From an uncultured bacterium (GTDB taxonomy: Bacteria > Chloroflexota > UBA5177 > JANWHV01), in NCBI GenBank assembly GCA_963827235.1, contig CAWHAE010000016.1, positions 448,001 through 512,000 on the forward strand: a DNA stretch of 64,000 nt, written 5' to 3'. The notes beneath the pieces were generated by a model. It was not told the DNA's origin. It saw only the letters and a list, made by a program, of their open reading frames with translations, and made no database searches. The position numbers were made by a program, and so were the translations under genes. Of this stretch, positions 48,884 to 58,905 are shown piece after piece (the stretch's first letter is position 1; every line of letters begins with the position of its first letter).

Positions 48884-51619
48884 GTGGTGTGCGAGGCTGA
48901 TCGTAGACGGGCGGCGGCCGATCCGATCAAACGCCTCTCCGCGATGAGCCGCATAGCGTTGCGCATCTGCGAGCACCCGGACCTCTACGAACTGTGCATG
49001 CTCGTCTATCAACGGATTCGCGATCTCATGGCGGTAGATGCCTTCTACGTGGCGTTGGCGGAGAAGCAGTCCGAAGGTCTACACGGCCTGCTCGTGCTGC
49101 ACGACGGACGCGAGTATCCGCCGCAGAGCCTCTACGTCCCGGCGCACGAGCGGGCCGCGGACCCAGCGCCGGTCTTCCTGAGCCAGCTTCAGCTCGAGCA
49201 GCAGGTCGCCCTCGGTAGCGGCAGGCCGCCGCGAAGCGGATTGCAGTGTGCGATGCGCTCCGGAGGCAAGCTGCTTGGACAGGTGACGGTGCTCAGTCGG
49301 GAGCCGGACGCGTACACGCTCGACGATGCTCAGTTCCTCCAGGCAATAGTCGATCAGCTCAGCACTGCCGTTGAACGCGATAGATACCAGTCGGAAGCGG
49401 AGTCTCGAGAGGCCGAGCTACAGACGCTGCTCGATAGCGAGCATCGCGTTCACGATTCGATGTCCGTCGACTTCGCACTCCGCGAACTGGCGCACGGGCT
49501 GTTGCACGTGTCCAGAGCCGACGGCGTGATCGTGACGCTCTGGGATGCCTCCACCGACGAAGGAATCCCGGCGGCCTATGCGGCGGCACCGGGAGTCACG
49601 CTGCAGGGCCTGCTGAACGCAGTGTCGCGCCAGGCGATGCGGGGAACGATCGAGGAGCTGAGCGCGGGCGCGGCGGTGGTCCACAGCAGCAAAGGGCCGA
49701 CGACTCCGCGCTGGCCGGACACCGACGGGTGGAACTCCCTGCTCACGCTGCCCCTGATCGTGGAGCACGACTGGCTGGGCATCGTCGAGGTGGGAAGCAA
49801 GAACCAGGACTTTGCCTTCACTGAGCACATCATAGCCACCTGCCGCGTCGTGATCCAGCAGGCCGCAGTCGGCATATACCACGCCAGGCTCTCCGAGCAC
49901 GCGGTCGAGCGCACGACCTGGCTCTCGGGTCTTGCGGCATTCACCGAGACTCTCAACAACGCGCCGGACGATCTCGAAGTCGTGCTGCAGCTGATCTGCG
50001 ACGAAGCACGCCAACTGTTGTCGATGAGCCACACCTCGCTGTTTCTCCTCGGCTCCTCCGAACAGTCGCTCGTGCTTCGCGCACGCAGTGGGGTACCCGA
50101 TCTGTTGAGCGTCGGCCAGCAGATTCCGCTCGACGGGACTATCTCCTTGACCGCACGCGCCATCAAGGAGCGACACCTGATTATCGACACGAGCGCCAAC
50201 AGAAATGCGCTCGGGCAGGAACAGGAACCCTCGGCGACCGCGCTGGAGGTGGGCAGAGCCAAGAGCGTGATCGCGGCGCCCATGCGGCACAACGGAATCA
50301 GCCTCGGGGCACTTCTGTTCTCCGATCGACGCTTTCGCAAGGGCTTCCAATCCGAGGAAATCCGGCTCGCTTTGGGCATCGCGGAGCAAGCCGCGGCAGC
50401 CGTGGCCCGATCGCAGATACGCGCGGCGGAGCAGGAGCGGTTGCAGATCGCCTCTGCTCTGGGCCGGATTAGCGCCAGCATTGGTGCAGAGGAAGATCCC
50501 GGCGAGACCTTCAAGCTGATACTGCGGGAAGCGGAGACGCTGATCGGCTACGATCAGGCCGGCATCTATCTGTTCGACGGCTCGCACCTGACTACGGCAG
50601 CGGCGAAAGGACTGAATCCCTCCAAGCTGCCGCAGACCGTGTCGCGGACCTGGCGCGAGTCAGGTGTGCTCGATCTGGACGACTGCATGCGCGACCCATC
50701 GTTGATGCGCGTACTGGGGCCCGCGCGCACCGCCGATCTGCTCAGCGTGCCGCTGCTGGTAGATGGATCGGTGGCCGGGCGCCTTACATTGGCGTCCTCC
50801 CGCGCCGGAAGATACGAAGCGCATCAGACACACCTCGCCACGCTGCTGGCAGAGACCACTGCGCACCTGCTCACCGTCATGCGACTGCGCGAGGCTCAGA
50901 AGGAGACCATGGCCAAGCTGGTCGAGCTTGACGAGATGCGACGAGACTTCGTGGCCACCGTATCGCACGAGCTCAGAACTCCGCTGACCGGCATCCTCGG
51001 TTATGTCGAGCTTATGCTCAGCCGCTGGGATAGCCTCGACGACGGCCGACGCAAAGAAATGCTGCATCGCACCCAGAGCTCGGCTACCCGCCTGGAGCAC
51101 CTGGTCAAGGACCTGCTGCTGTTCTCCAACGTGGAGCACCAGGCGTTGAGGCTGGACATCTCAAACTATGCGGTGGACATGCTCATCGAGCAGGCTGCCG
51201 AGGTTATGCGCACCAAGTACCGCGGGCAGGAGCTAGACATCAAGCACGCCGACGAGCCGGCGCGCGTTCGAGTGGATGCGCAGCGAGCAGTTCAGGTCGT
51301 GACCAACGTGCTCGACAATGCGATCAAGTACTCTCCCGTCGGGAGCATGGTGCACGTACGCTGGAAGATTCACCGCCATGACGTCGAGATCATCGTGCGC
51401 GACCACGGTCCCGGGATAAGCCCAGAAAGCATGAGCCGGCTGTTCACACGTTTCGGCACGCTCGGCCACCAGCCGAGGCCCGGACAGGTTGGCTCGGGCA
51501 TCGGCCTGTACATTTGCAAGAAGCTGGTCGAGGCGATGAACGGCAAGATCTGGGCTGCCAGCCAGCCCGGTCACGGCAGCTCGTTCCACTTCACCCTGCC
51601 GCGCTGCCCGGACCCGTGA
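48884..51619 (+). CDS. Multi-GAF sensor histidine kinase (about 4 GAF, HisKA, HATPase), cytoplasmic
   Basis: Repeated GAF patterns; SHELRTPL, NAIKYS, DHGPG, GSGIGL. Confidence 0.92.
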   Translation: MVCEADRRRAAADPIKRLSAMSRIALRICEHPDLYELCMLVYQRIRDLMAVDAFYVALAEKQSEGLHGLLVLHDGREYPPQSLYVPAHERAADPAPVFLSQLQLEQQVALGSGRPPRSGLQCAMRSGGKLLGQVTVLSREPDAYTLDDAQFLQAIVDQLSTAVERDRYQSEAESREAELQTLLDSEHRVHDSMSVDFALRELAHGLLHVSRADGVIVTLWDASTDEGIPAAYAAAPGVTLQGLLNAVSRQAMRGTIEELSAGAAVVHSSKGPTTPRWPDTDGWNSLLTLPLIVEHDWLGIVEVGSKNQDFAFTEHIIATCRVVIQQAAVGIYHARLSEHAVERTTWLSGLAAFTETLNNAPDDLEVVLQLICDEARQLLSMSHTSLFLLGSSEQSLVLRARSGVPDLLSVGQQIPLDGTISLTARAIKERHLIIDTSANRNALGQEQEPSATALEVGRAKSVIAAPMRHNGISLGALLFSDRRFRKGFQSEEIRLALGIAEQAAAAVARSQIRAAEQERLQIASALGRISASIGAEEDPGETFKLILREAETLIGYDQAGIYLFDGSHLTTAAAKGLNPSKLPQTVSRTWRESGVLDLDDCMRDPSLMRVLGPARTADLLSVPLLVDGSVAGRLTLASSRAGRYEAHQTHLATLLAETTAHLLTVMRLREAQKETMAKLVELDEMRRDFVATVSHELRTPLTGILGYVELMLSRWDSLDDGRRKEMLHRTQSSATRLEHLVKDLLLFSNVEHQALRLDISNYAVDMLIEQAAEVMRTKYRGQELDIKHADEPARVRVDAQRAVQVVTNVLDNAIKYSPVGSMVHVRWKIHRHDVEIIVRDHGPGISPESMSRLFTRFGTLGHQPRPGQVGSGIGLYICKKLVEAMNGKIWAASQPGHGSSFHFTLPRCPDP

Positions 51620-51637
51620 ATCCGCAGTGGGCGGCGT

Positions 51638-52900
51638 TCAGCCCGGGAAAGGCACGCCCAGCTCGGCGCTCAACATACGCAGGCCCTGCACCGTCTTGTC
51701 GTCGAGCGGCACGCCCACTATCTTGTGGTGCTCCGTAGCCTCATCCTCCGGCTGGCCCGCCACCAAGACACGCTCGGCACCGGGCATCGGCGGTGTCTCC
51801 TTGAGCTCGCGAATCAGGTGATCCACGCGCTCGCGGAACTCGCCGGTCGGCATCACGAGATCCGGCCTGAAAGCCATGAAGAAGTGGCCGATGTTCGACG
51901 GCTGCTCCGTCCCCCAGAAGCCTGCCAGGTGCGGTCCATAGCCGGCGCCGGACAGAATGCCGGACAACACGTCGACGAGAATGGCAAGGTCGTAGCCCTT
52001 ATGTCCTCCGAGCTCGCGCGTACCACCTAGCGGCATCGGCGCTCCGCCGTCAAGGGCCGCGTTCGGGTCCGTGGTGGGCAGGCCGTTTTTGTCGACGGCC
52101 CAGCCGGCCGGCATACTCTTGCCATGGCGAGCGGCAACTTCTAGCTTCCCGCGTGGCACGACACTGGTCGCCATATCGAGCACCCACGGCCGCTCATCCT
52201 TTGCCGGCACTGCCACTGCGATCGGATTCGTGCCCGTCATGATCTTCTTGCCGAAGGTCGGCATGACCAGGGGCGTCGTATTGGTGAACGCCCATCCCAC
52301 CATGTGGTACTTGAGCGCCATCATCGCGTAATAGCCCGCTATGCCGAAATGGTTGCTGTGGAATACGGCGGCAAGCCCAATGCCGGACTGCTGCGCCTTC
52401 TCGATTACCCGGTTCATCGCATAGAAGCTGGCCACCTGTCCGAGACCGTTGCCGGCATCGATGCGGAGACTCACGGGCGTCTCATGAACGACCTCGACTC
52501 GCGGATGGACCTCGATCAGGCCGCCTCGAATGCGCTTAACGTACTGGTAAAGACGTGCCACGCCGTGCGAGTCGACGCCGCGCAGGTCAGCCGCCACCAG
52601 TACATCGGCCGTGATCCATGCATCCTGCGGCGGCACGTCCAGCGAGGTGAGCAGCTCTGTGACGAACGTGCGCAACCGGTCCGCGTCGACATACAGGGCT
52701 CCGCTGCTGTCGACCACGGGAGGGAGCGTCTGCAGATCGGCGAGAAGCGCTCGCAACGTCGGGCCGTCCAGGTGGTCCAGAGCTCTGTCAGGCTCCGCCA
52801 CGTGGAGTCTGGTCAGCAGGTTAGCCACGGCCTTCCGGGCCTGCTCAGCCCCGAGCTGATCGTCACTGGTGCGATCGACGCTGGCAGCATCCGTTGACAT
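51638..52900 (-). CDS. Ldh_2-family (malate/L-lactate-type) oxidoreductase with N-terminal extension
   Basis: ADLRGVDSHG, SNHFGIAG, GTNPIA, LDMATS, GHKGY. Confidence 0.9.
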   Translation of the reverse strand: MSTDAASVDRTSDDQLGAEQARKAVANLLTRLHVAEPDRALDHLDGPTLRALLADLQTLPPVVDSSGALYVDADRLRTFVTELLTSLDVPPQDAWITADVLVAADLRGVDSHGVARLYQYVKRIRGGLIEVHPRVEVVHETPVSLRIDAGNGLGQVASFYAMNRVIEKAQQSGIGLAAVFHSNHFGIAGYYAMMALKYHMVGWAFTNTTPLVMPTFGKKIMTGTNPIAVAVPAKDERPWVLDMATSVVPRGKLEVAARHGKSMPAGWAVDKNGLPTTDPNAALDGGAPMPLGGTRELGGHKGYDLAILVDVLSGILSGAGYGPHLAGFWGTEQPSNIGHFFMAFRPDLVMPTGEFRERVDHLIRELKETPPMPGAERVLVAGQPEDEATEHHKIVGVPLDDKTVQGLRMLSAELGVPFPG

Positions 52901-52969
52901 TGCGCGCACGCCCTCTCCTAGAAACTCGTTCTACTTCGTCCATCTGCAGCGTACCAGAACTGCGAGCGC

Positions 52970-54679
52970 CTACCTGCGCCCGAATTGGCGCTCCAGAGCC
53001 GACGTGCTGAGCAGGATCATGGTGGGCCTGCCGTGCGGGCACGTGCGCGGGCGATCGGTCGTTTCCAGCCGCTGAATCAGATAGCGCATCTCCGGCAGAG
53101 ACAGCGCCTGGCCGGCCTTGACCGCCGCCTTGCAGGCCATTGTCGCCAGCATCTGATCCTGCTGGACACCGCGCTCCTTACCGGATGCCAGGTCGTCGAG
53201 CAGCGCTGTGATCGTCTCGCCTACCGGAGCATCGACCAAGGAGGCAGGCACCGCGCGCACGAGGCACGTGCCGACTCCGAACGGCTCGACCTCGAAGCCG
53301 AGGGACCGCAGCACGTCCGCACTCGTGGCCAGAGCGTCCATGGCCGAGGGCGAGAGGTCGATCAACACGGGATCCAGGAGCGATTGCACGGCCACGCTCC
53401 GAGATTCAACCTGGCTGCTGAGTTCGTCGTAGAGGACTCGCTCGTGGGCAGCATGCTGGTCGACCATGTAAACCCCATCCGGACCCTCGGCAATGATGAA
53501 TAGAGCACCGGCTTGCCCCAGTACCCGTAACGCAGGCAAGGACCGCGGCGATTCAGACGACTGAGATGGAGTGCCATCCACGGTCACCGGAGCTTCCTGG
53601 GGCTCGAGCAACGACATCTGCTCTGCTTGCTGACCACCGTCCGGAGTGTCGGCGGGTTGGAGCGTTGTCGTGGGCGTGAAACCGGACACGATTGCCGCAC
53701 CGACCGTGTGCCGGATCGCCCCGAATACCTCCCGCTCGTTGAGAAAGCGCACCTCGGCCTTCGCGGGGTGGACGTTGACGTCGAGCTGTTCGCCGGGTAC
53801 CAGCAGCGACACCACGCCTACCGGATGCCTGCCGGACATGAGCATGGATTGATAGGCATCCTCGAGTGCCACGTGGAGCAGGCGATTCCGTACCCAGCGG
53901 CCGTTGACGAAGAATGTCTGCTGGGCACGCGTGCCTCGGGTGTAGCCCACGACGCTCGCCAGCCCGCGCACCGCGATGCCGTGCCGATCGCCGTCGAACT
54001 CCCGGAGATGCTCGACGACCTGGATGTCGTACACGCAGGCAACCACGTCGCGCAATGTGGCCGAGCCGGGCGTCGAAAACACGGTGCGGCCGTCGACGGC
54101 CAGTGTCATGGCCACGCCCGGTCTGGCGATCGCGTACTGTGTGACGACTTGTTGCGCGGCCATCGCCTCCGCCTGCCGGCCCTTCAGAAACCGCCTGCGA
54201 ACGGGCATGTTCTCGAACAGGTCGCACACGTCGATCGTAGTGCCCGCGGGCAAGCCGGCAGAGCTCTTCTCGAGAACGGCGCCGCTCGACACGAGAACCT
54301 GTGATCCAGCCTGCTCGTCAGCCGCTCGCGTGCGCAGGCGCACGGTCGACACGGCGGCTATACTGGGCAACGCTTCGCCGCGAAAGCCAAGCGTGTCTAT
54401 GGCCGACAGGTCCTCCAGCACGAAGAGCTTGCTCGTGGCGTGGCGTTGGAAGGCAAGCTCCACGTCGGCGGCACGTATGCCGCAGCCGTCGTCGTGGACG
54501 CGGATGCGGTCGAGCCCGCCACCCTCGAGCTCAACCCGCACGTGCGTCGCACCGGAGTCGATAGCGTTTTCGAGCAGTTCCTTGACCACCGAGGCTGGGC
54601 GCTCGATTACCTCGCCGGCCGCTATCTTCGCCGCCACGTCGGGAGCGAGTGTGTGGATATGTCCCGGCTGATTCTGCAT
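52970..54679 (-). CDS. mutL: DNA mismatch repair endonuclease MutL
   Basis: IAAGEVIERPASVVKELLENA, GFRGEAL, DVNVHPAK, DQHAAHER, ACKAA, CPHGRP. Confidence 0.96.
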   Translation of the reverse strand: MQNQPGHIHTLAPDVAAKIAAGEVIERPASVVKELLENAIDSGATHVRVELEGGGLDRIRVHDDGCGIRAADVELAFQRHATSKLFVLEDLSAIDTLGFRGEALPSIAAVSTVRLRTRAADEQAGSQVLVSSGAVLEKSSAGLPAGTTIDVCDLFENMPVRRRFLKGRQAEAMAAQQVVTQYAIARPGVAMTLAVDGRTVFSTPGSATLRDVVACVYDIQVVEHLREFDGDRHGIAVRGLASVVGYTRGTRAQQTFFVNGRWVRNRLLHVALEDAYQSMLMSGRHPVGVVSLLVPGEQLDVNVHPAKAEVRFLNEREVFGAIRHTVGAAIVSGFTPTTTLQPADTPDGGQQAEQMSLLEPQEAPVTVDGTPSQSSESPRSLPALRVLGQAGALFIIAEGPDGVYMVDQHAAHERVLYDELSSQVESRSVAVQSLLDPVLIDLSPSAMDALATSADVLRSLGFEVEPFGVGTCLVRAVPASLVDAPVGETITALLDDLASGKERGVQQDQMLATMACKAAVKAGQALSLPEMRYLIQRLETTDRPRTCPHGRPTMILLSTSALERQFGRR

Positions 54680-54690
54680 GGTCCCCCACA

Positions 54691-55317
54691 CTAGTGGCGG
54701 CTGATCGCGGCTTCCACGGCCGCCAGCACGGCGGAGGATGCCCGCTCGCCGCGTGCGAGCAGGGCCGCCAGGGCGGCAGTGCGAGGCTCCGTGTAGCTTG
54801 TGTCCTTGATCGCCGTCAGGTTGATCCTCACGTTCAGGGCTGCAGCCTCCGTCCCGGCTCGAGCCGACAGCACGGCAGCGCCCGCATCGCTGATCACGTT
54901 GCGATTGGCAATCGAGGCAACCCGCTCAGTCAACTCCAGCACCGCTACTCCCACTTCCGCCGTGCGCATCGGCACGGCAGTGGCTGCCTTCAGGGCCTCC
55001 TGGATGCGGCCGGAGCGCACTGCTTTCTCCTCTGCCGTGGTCCTTGGCAGCCCGTACGCGGCGGCCACGTCCTCGAAAGCCGCGGTGTCTTCCTCGCGCA
55101 GTTGGTCGGCCTCTCGGCGAAGCACGGTCGAGGCCTCGCGCGTGTCGAGCATGAGCTGTTCGACATCCTTGTACTTCTCGCGACCGACCGTCAGATTGCA
55201 CACCATCTCGACCAGCGCGGCTCCAACCGAGATCAAGAGGCCGGCCGCTGCGCCGCCTCCAGGCGCTGGCGCCTCGGAGGCTAGAGCCTCCAGCCATCCG
55301 TTTACCGTCTCGTCCAT
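54691..55317 (-). CDS. Cyclodeaminase/cyclohydrolase family protein (FTCD_C)
   Basis: LASEAPAPGGG, VISDAG, NVRINL. Confidence 0.88.
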   Translation of the reverse strand: MDETVNGWLEALASEAPAPGGGAAAGLLISVGAALVEMVCNLTVGREKYKDVEQLMLDTREASTVLRREADQLREEDTAAFEDVAAAYGLPRTTAEEKAVRSGRIQEALKAATAVPMRTAEVGVAVLELTERVASIANRNVISDAGAAVLSARAGTEAAALNVRINLTAIKDTSYTEPRTAALAALLARGERASSAVLAAVEAAISRH

Positions 55318-55484
55318 GTCGTCCTCCCGTCTCAGCCTGTCGACAGGCATGTTCCTCGCTCTTCAGTATGCAGCGGCAGGGGACCAGCCGGCGCGCAGAC
55401 GCCGCACACACGTTCGACCCCGCAGATGATTTCCACGGCGGACCTCGAAGCCCGCGTATTAGCCCCGCCTGCCTATGATATTCG

Positions 55485-55790
55485 TTGCGAAGCCACGGAG
55501 TAACACCAAGCGAAGAAGCACTTCCGGCGACTGAGAACCAAGCTGCAACTTGGTATCTCGGCGAGTTGGGTGGCTGCGGGTACGCCCGCGTTGGTGGTGC
55601 CGGATCCAGCGGCAACGTCTACGCGGGCTCAAGGAATCCGGACTCGGCCTATTTTGAGTGCCACTCAGGCCGGCTACCCGAGGTCGAGATAAGCTTCCAG
55701 CAACTGGCCTCCAGCAACTGGATTGTCGTGTATGCCGCCTTCGACGACCGGCACACGACCGGCTCGAACGAGTGCACCATGACGCGCTAG
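55485..55790 (+). CDS. Possible short hypothetical protein or gene remnant
   Basis: 101-codon ORF with protein-like aromatic/Cys content but TTG start and no RBS. Confidence 0.3.
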   Translation: MRSHGVTPSEEALPATENQAATWYLGELGGCGYARVGGAGSSGNVYAGSRNPDSAYFECHSGRLPEVEISFQQLASSNWIVVYAAFDDRHTTGSNECTMTR

Positions 55791-55917
55791 CCGGCGTTCG
55801 CTAGGCCGGAAGACCGGCGGTGACGTAGATATACTGCTCGTCACAGCGGACGGAGCCACCGGGGGTGCCGGCGTTCCGATCAGCAGCCCAGGTGCCGTGC
55901 TTGGCGCCCAGCCACCC

Positions 55918-56331
55918 TCAGTGACCAAGCGTGAGCACGCTGTTGGCGCGCTCGTGCCAGCGAAACGTCACGAGCGCGAAGCGTGAAGCAAGCTCTTTCG
56001 CCTGGTTGTTCAACGCCAGCATGCCGGCGTGCCGGACCTTATATTCCCCGTTGAGCTGTTTGATCACCAGCTGGCTGTCGCCCAGCACGCGCACGCGGTA
56101 GCTGCGTGGATCTTTGCCTGCTTTGAGCAGCGTCTGCACGATATCGGATAATCCCTCGATCAGCGCTCGATACTCGGCCTCGTTGTTTGTCACGCCGTCG
56201 CCGAACTCACGTCGCTCAACGCGAAAGCGATCGTCGCAGGTTCGTATCTCGTAGCTGCCGTACCCGAGGCCGGGATTGCCCTTCGACCCCCCATCAAACG
56301 TCAGTGTGTAATGTGGCGCTCCGGACTCCAT
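55918..56331 (-). CDS. rnhA: Ribonuclease HI family protein
   Basis: FDGGSKGNPG, TNNEAEY, GDSQLVIKQ. Confidence 0.88.
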   Translation of the reverse strand: MESGAPHYTLTFDGGSKGNPGLGYGSYEIRTCDDRFRVERREFGDGVTNNEAEYRALIEGLSDIVQTLLKAGKDPRSYRVRVLGDSQLVIKQLNGEYKVRHAGMLALNNQAKELASRFALVTFRWHERANSVLTLGH

Positions 56332-56466
56332 GAATTCCCCCCGGCGGCTCAACCTCGTGCTTCTCCACACAGGGTACAATGCCAGAAGCACTGATATGGC
56401 ACGATGTGGCGATACGTCCGTGCCGCGGTTGACTTTTCAGAGGGGCGCCTGTACGCTGACCTCGCC

Positions 56467-57030
56467 ATGACACAGAACCGATTCGGAGTACTTCTAAGCA
56501 CTCTGCTGCTCGGGCTGCTCACCGCGGCATTCTTCTTCGCGGCGCGGGAAGCGGTCAACCAGCTCAAGTCGACCGTGGCAAGCGCCAATCCGACCGCGAC
56601 CGCCACACCCTTGGTGCTCGTGGGGGCAAGCGCCACGCCGGCCGGTGGCAGCGCCCTGGCTCGTCCCACGGCGACCCCGGTACAGCAGGCCGCCGCACCC
56701 ACGGATACCCCTGTCGTGCAGGGAGCCGGCGTCATCGTGAACGGCTCCGGTGGCGACTATACCCATGCCAACACGAGTCTGCCTTCCGCGACGTCTCAGG
56801 TCTGGTGCCACATTATGGTTCCCACCTCTGTGACGGCGAGCCGGGTGACGTTTCGTTTCCAGAGGGTGGGCTCGCCGGGAGACTACTACGACTACCCCGA
56901 GTCTGTCGTATCCCAGGGCAACGAAGCATACATAGCCGGACCGCTGCAGAGCGGCCAGTGGCGCTGCCTCGTTCAGGCCGAGCCGAGTGGCAAGCTCATC
57001 GGCTCGACCTCATTTGCGATTGCGCCCTAA
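56467..57030 (+). CDS. Membrane-anchored surface protein with Pro/Thr/Ala linker and beta-rich C-domain
   Basis: N-terminal TM, PTATATP/PTATP/PTDTP linker, C-terminal Cys pair (WCH, WRC). Confidence 0.7.
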   Translation: MTQNRFGVLLSTLLLGLLTAAFFFAAREAVNQLKSTVASANPTATATPLVLVGASATPAGGSALARPTATPVQQAAAPTDTPVVQGAGVIVNGSGGDYTHANTSLPSATSQVWCHIMVPTSVTASRVTFRFQRVGSPGDYYDYPESVVSQGNEAYIAGPLQSGQWRCLVQAEPSGKLIGSTSFAIAP

Positions 57031-57167
57031 GCGGAGGCGCAATGCGCCGTAGGAGCGAGCGCACTGGATGCGCCCGCGTGAATCCGGACTGACTCTAGCG
57101 AGCCTCCCGTGTAGACGGGTCCCTAAAGCCAGCCAGATATGTGCTATCTGCCTCGTTGCTCTGCCAA

Positions 57168-57362
57168 CCCTGAGTGTTCACCGTAACGCCTGCATCTGTG
57201 TCGGGCTGCACCGTGGCAACGACCCGTCGCTGCCGGAACTGGCTGTTCAGGTGTCATGCCGCTTTGAGTCTCTCACAGAGCCCAGATTCCAGCCGTCGGC
57301 TGCCGTTGGCCTTTCCGATCTCGCAGCTCGAGTTCCCGTCCTTCCCGCCCGGAGGCCCAGGG
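57168..57362. ncRNA. Candidate structured ncRNA (rod-like, 6S-sized)
   Basis: Nested pairings CCCTG/CAGGG, TCGGGCTGC/GCAGCTCGA, GCCGG/TCGGC, GGCTG/CAGCC in a 365-bp gap between convergent genes. Confidence 0.35.
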
Positions 57363-57395
57363 CATGTGACCGAGTCGCGTGCCTGCGACGAGCCC

Positions 57396-58646
57396 TCAAG
57401 CGAACAAGCGCGGTAATCGCTTCTTCCAGGCCGTGGGCAGGATAATGTCGATGGCGTCGTCCACCGTGACAATGCCTTTCAGCTGACCGGCGTCGTCGAC
57501 CACGGGAACGGCGAACAGATTGTACTTGGCAATCAGCTTGGCGGCTCGATCCTCGTCGTCGTCCACGTGCACAACCGCGACGTCATGCAGCATGAACTCG
57601 GAAACCACCTGCGACGGCGGCGCCAGAATGATGTCGCGCAGCGTTACCACGCCGGTCAGCGTCTCACTTGCCAGATCCGTGACCACGAAAACGTAGTGAA
57701 TCACGTCGATTTCCGCGGCGGTGGCGCGAAGATGGTCCATGATCTGCGCTGCGGTCCAGGTCTCCGGCACCGCCACGTACTCTGTCGTCATGATGCCGCC
57801 CGCCGAATCTTCGCGGTAACTCAGCAGCTCCTTGACATCTTCGGACTCTTCCTGCTCCATCAGAGAGAGCAACTCCGTAGCTTTCTCATCCGACATCTCG
57901 CCGAGCACATCGGCTGCTGCGGAGGGGTCCATCTCCTCCAGGATGTCCGCTGCCTTTTCGCTTTCCATGCCTTCGAGCAGTGAGAGCTGGCGCTCCGGAG
58001 CTACTTCCTCCAGGGCCTCGGCAGCCGTCTCGTCGTCCATGCCCTCAAACAGGGCCACGCCCTCTTTGACGCTGAGCTGATCCACTATCTCGGCAAGGTC
58101 GGCAGGGTGTAGCCTGGCGAGATTCTCGTTCGACACGCGGAGCTTCAGCCCTCCCGATTCGCTGCCCAGCGTGTCCACGTCTTCCCAGCGGATGAAGTCC
58201 TCTCGGGGTCGTATGCCGAGTCTGCTGGCCACCTGCTGAATCCCCAGGCGGCGGAGCAAGGCACGGCCGCTGATGTCCACACCAATCAGTCTATAGTGCC
58301 CGTTGGTGCGGGCGAGCTGGAGATCGTTGACGCGCACCACCTTGTGACCCTCGACGTCGACGATCTGCCTATCGAGAATCTGCGTGGCGATGAACACGTC
58401 ATCACCTGCCGGCACGTAGGGCGTGATCTGATCGCGCAATTGCCGCAGGACGACGGTCGTGTCGAAGCTGAGGATCTGATCCCACGGCACGAGGGTGCTG
58501 TCGCGATGGCGGCCGTCGCGGATAGCCACCGCCTTGATGATCGGATAGTTGGTATCGGAAGACACCACGAGATCGGCGATCTTCCCCTGGGGTTGGCCTC
58601 TCGAGTCGAGAACCGGCCTCCCCGCGATCTGGCTGAAGAAGGGCAT
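57396..58646 (-). CDS. Soluble MgtE-like protein (PRC-barrel-like, MgtE_N, CBS pair; no transmembrane pore)
   Basis: QILDRQIVDVEGHKVVRVND, LHPADLAEIV, EDSAGGIMTTEY, GIVTVDDAID followed by a short tail and stop. Confidence 0.88.
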   Translation of the reverse strand: MPFFSQIAGRPVLDSRGQPQGKIADLVVSSDTNYPIIKAVAIRDGRHRDSTLVPWDQILSFDTTVVLRQLRDQITPYVPAGDDVFIATQILDRQIVDVEGHKVVRVNDLQLARTNGHYRLIGVDISGRALLRRLGIQQVASRLGIRPREDFIRWEDVDTLGSESGGLKLRVSNENLARLHPADLAEIVDQLSVKEGVALFEGMDDETAAEALEEVAPERQLSLLEGMESEKAADILEEMDPSAAADVLGEMSDEKATELLSLMEQEESEDVKELLSYREDSAGGIMTTEYVAVPETWTAAQIMDHLRATAAEIDVIHYVFVVTDLASETLTGVVTLRDIILAPPSQVVSEFMLHDVAVVHVDDDEDRAAKLIAKYNLFAVPVVDDAGQLKGIVTVDDAIDIILPTAWKKRLPRLFA

Positions 58647-58651
58647 AACAA

Positions 58652-58744
58652 AACCTCGTTTCAGGTCCGTCGCGAAGCACGCCATGCGAGGCTCCGCGTG
58701 TTGTTAGCGGTGTGCCAAGGACCAGACGAGGTTGAGGTTTCGTC
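58652..58744 (-). promoter_or_regulatory. Candidate anti-Shine-Dalgarno switch in the mgtE-like leader
   Basis: mRNA AACCUCGU-CU-GGUCC (58733-58719) is complementary to GGACC-UGAA-ACGAGGUU (58668-58652, contains the SD); competing GACGA/UCGUC hairpin 58725-58744. Confidence 0.5.
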
Positions 58745-58761
58745 AAAGGGGAAGGGTCTAG

Positions 58762-58905
58762 CTACGCAGCGGCGTCTCCCTCAAGGCGATGATCAACGTT
58801 CGTCGGTCCCGAGGCCTGTGCTCTGTACCCATATGCCTTTGCAGTGCTAGCTGAGAAAAATCGCCCAACAGTGGGCACGCAACTCTCACCAGGACCAGCG
58901 TCCAC
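58762..58905 (-). CDS. Putative 47-aa leader peptide (not in the ORF track)
   Basis: Strong SD GAAGGGGGTGAT then GTG; MDAGPGESCVPTVGRFFSASTAKAYGYRAQASGPTNVDHRLEGDAAA*. Confidence 0.5.
   Translation of the reverse strand: MDAGPGESCVPTVGRFFSASTAKAYGYRAQASGPTNVDHRLEGDAAA

Noticed and set aside
58684-58855. M-box (ykoK) riboswitch-like fragments GAGGCTCC and TATGCC...CAGTGCTA
   Set aside because: They lie on the plus strand, antisense to the mgtE-like gene, and the intervening conserved core is not recognisable.
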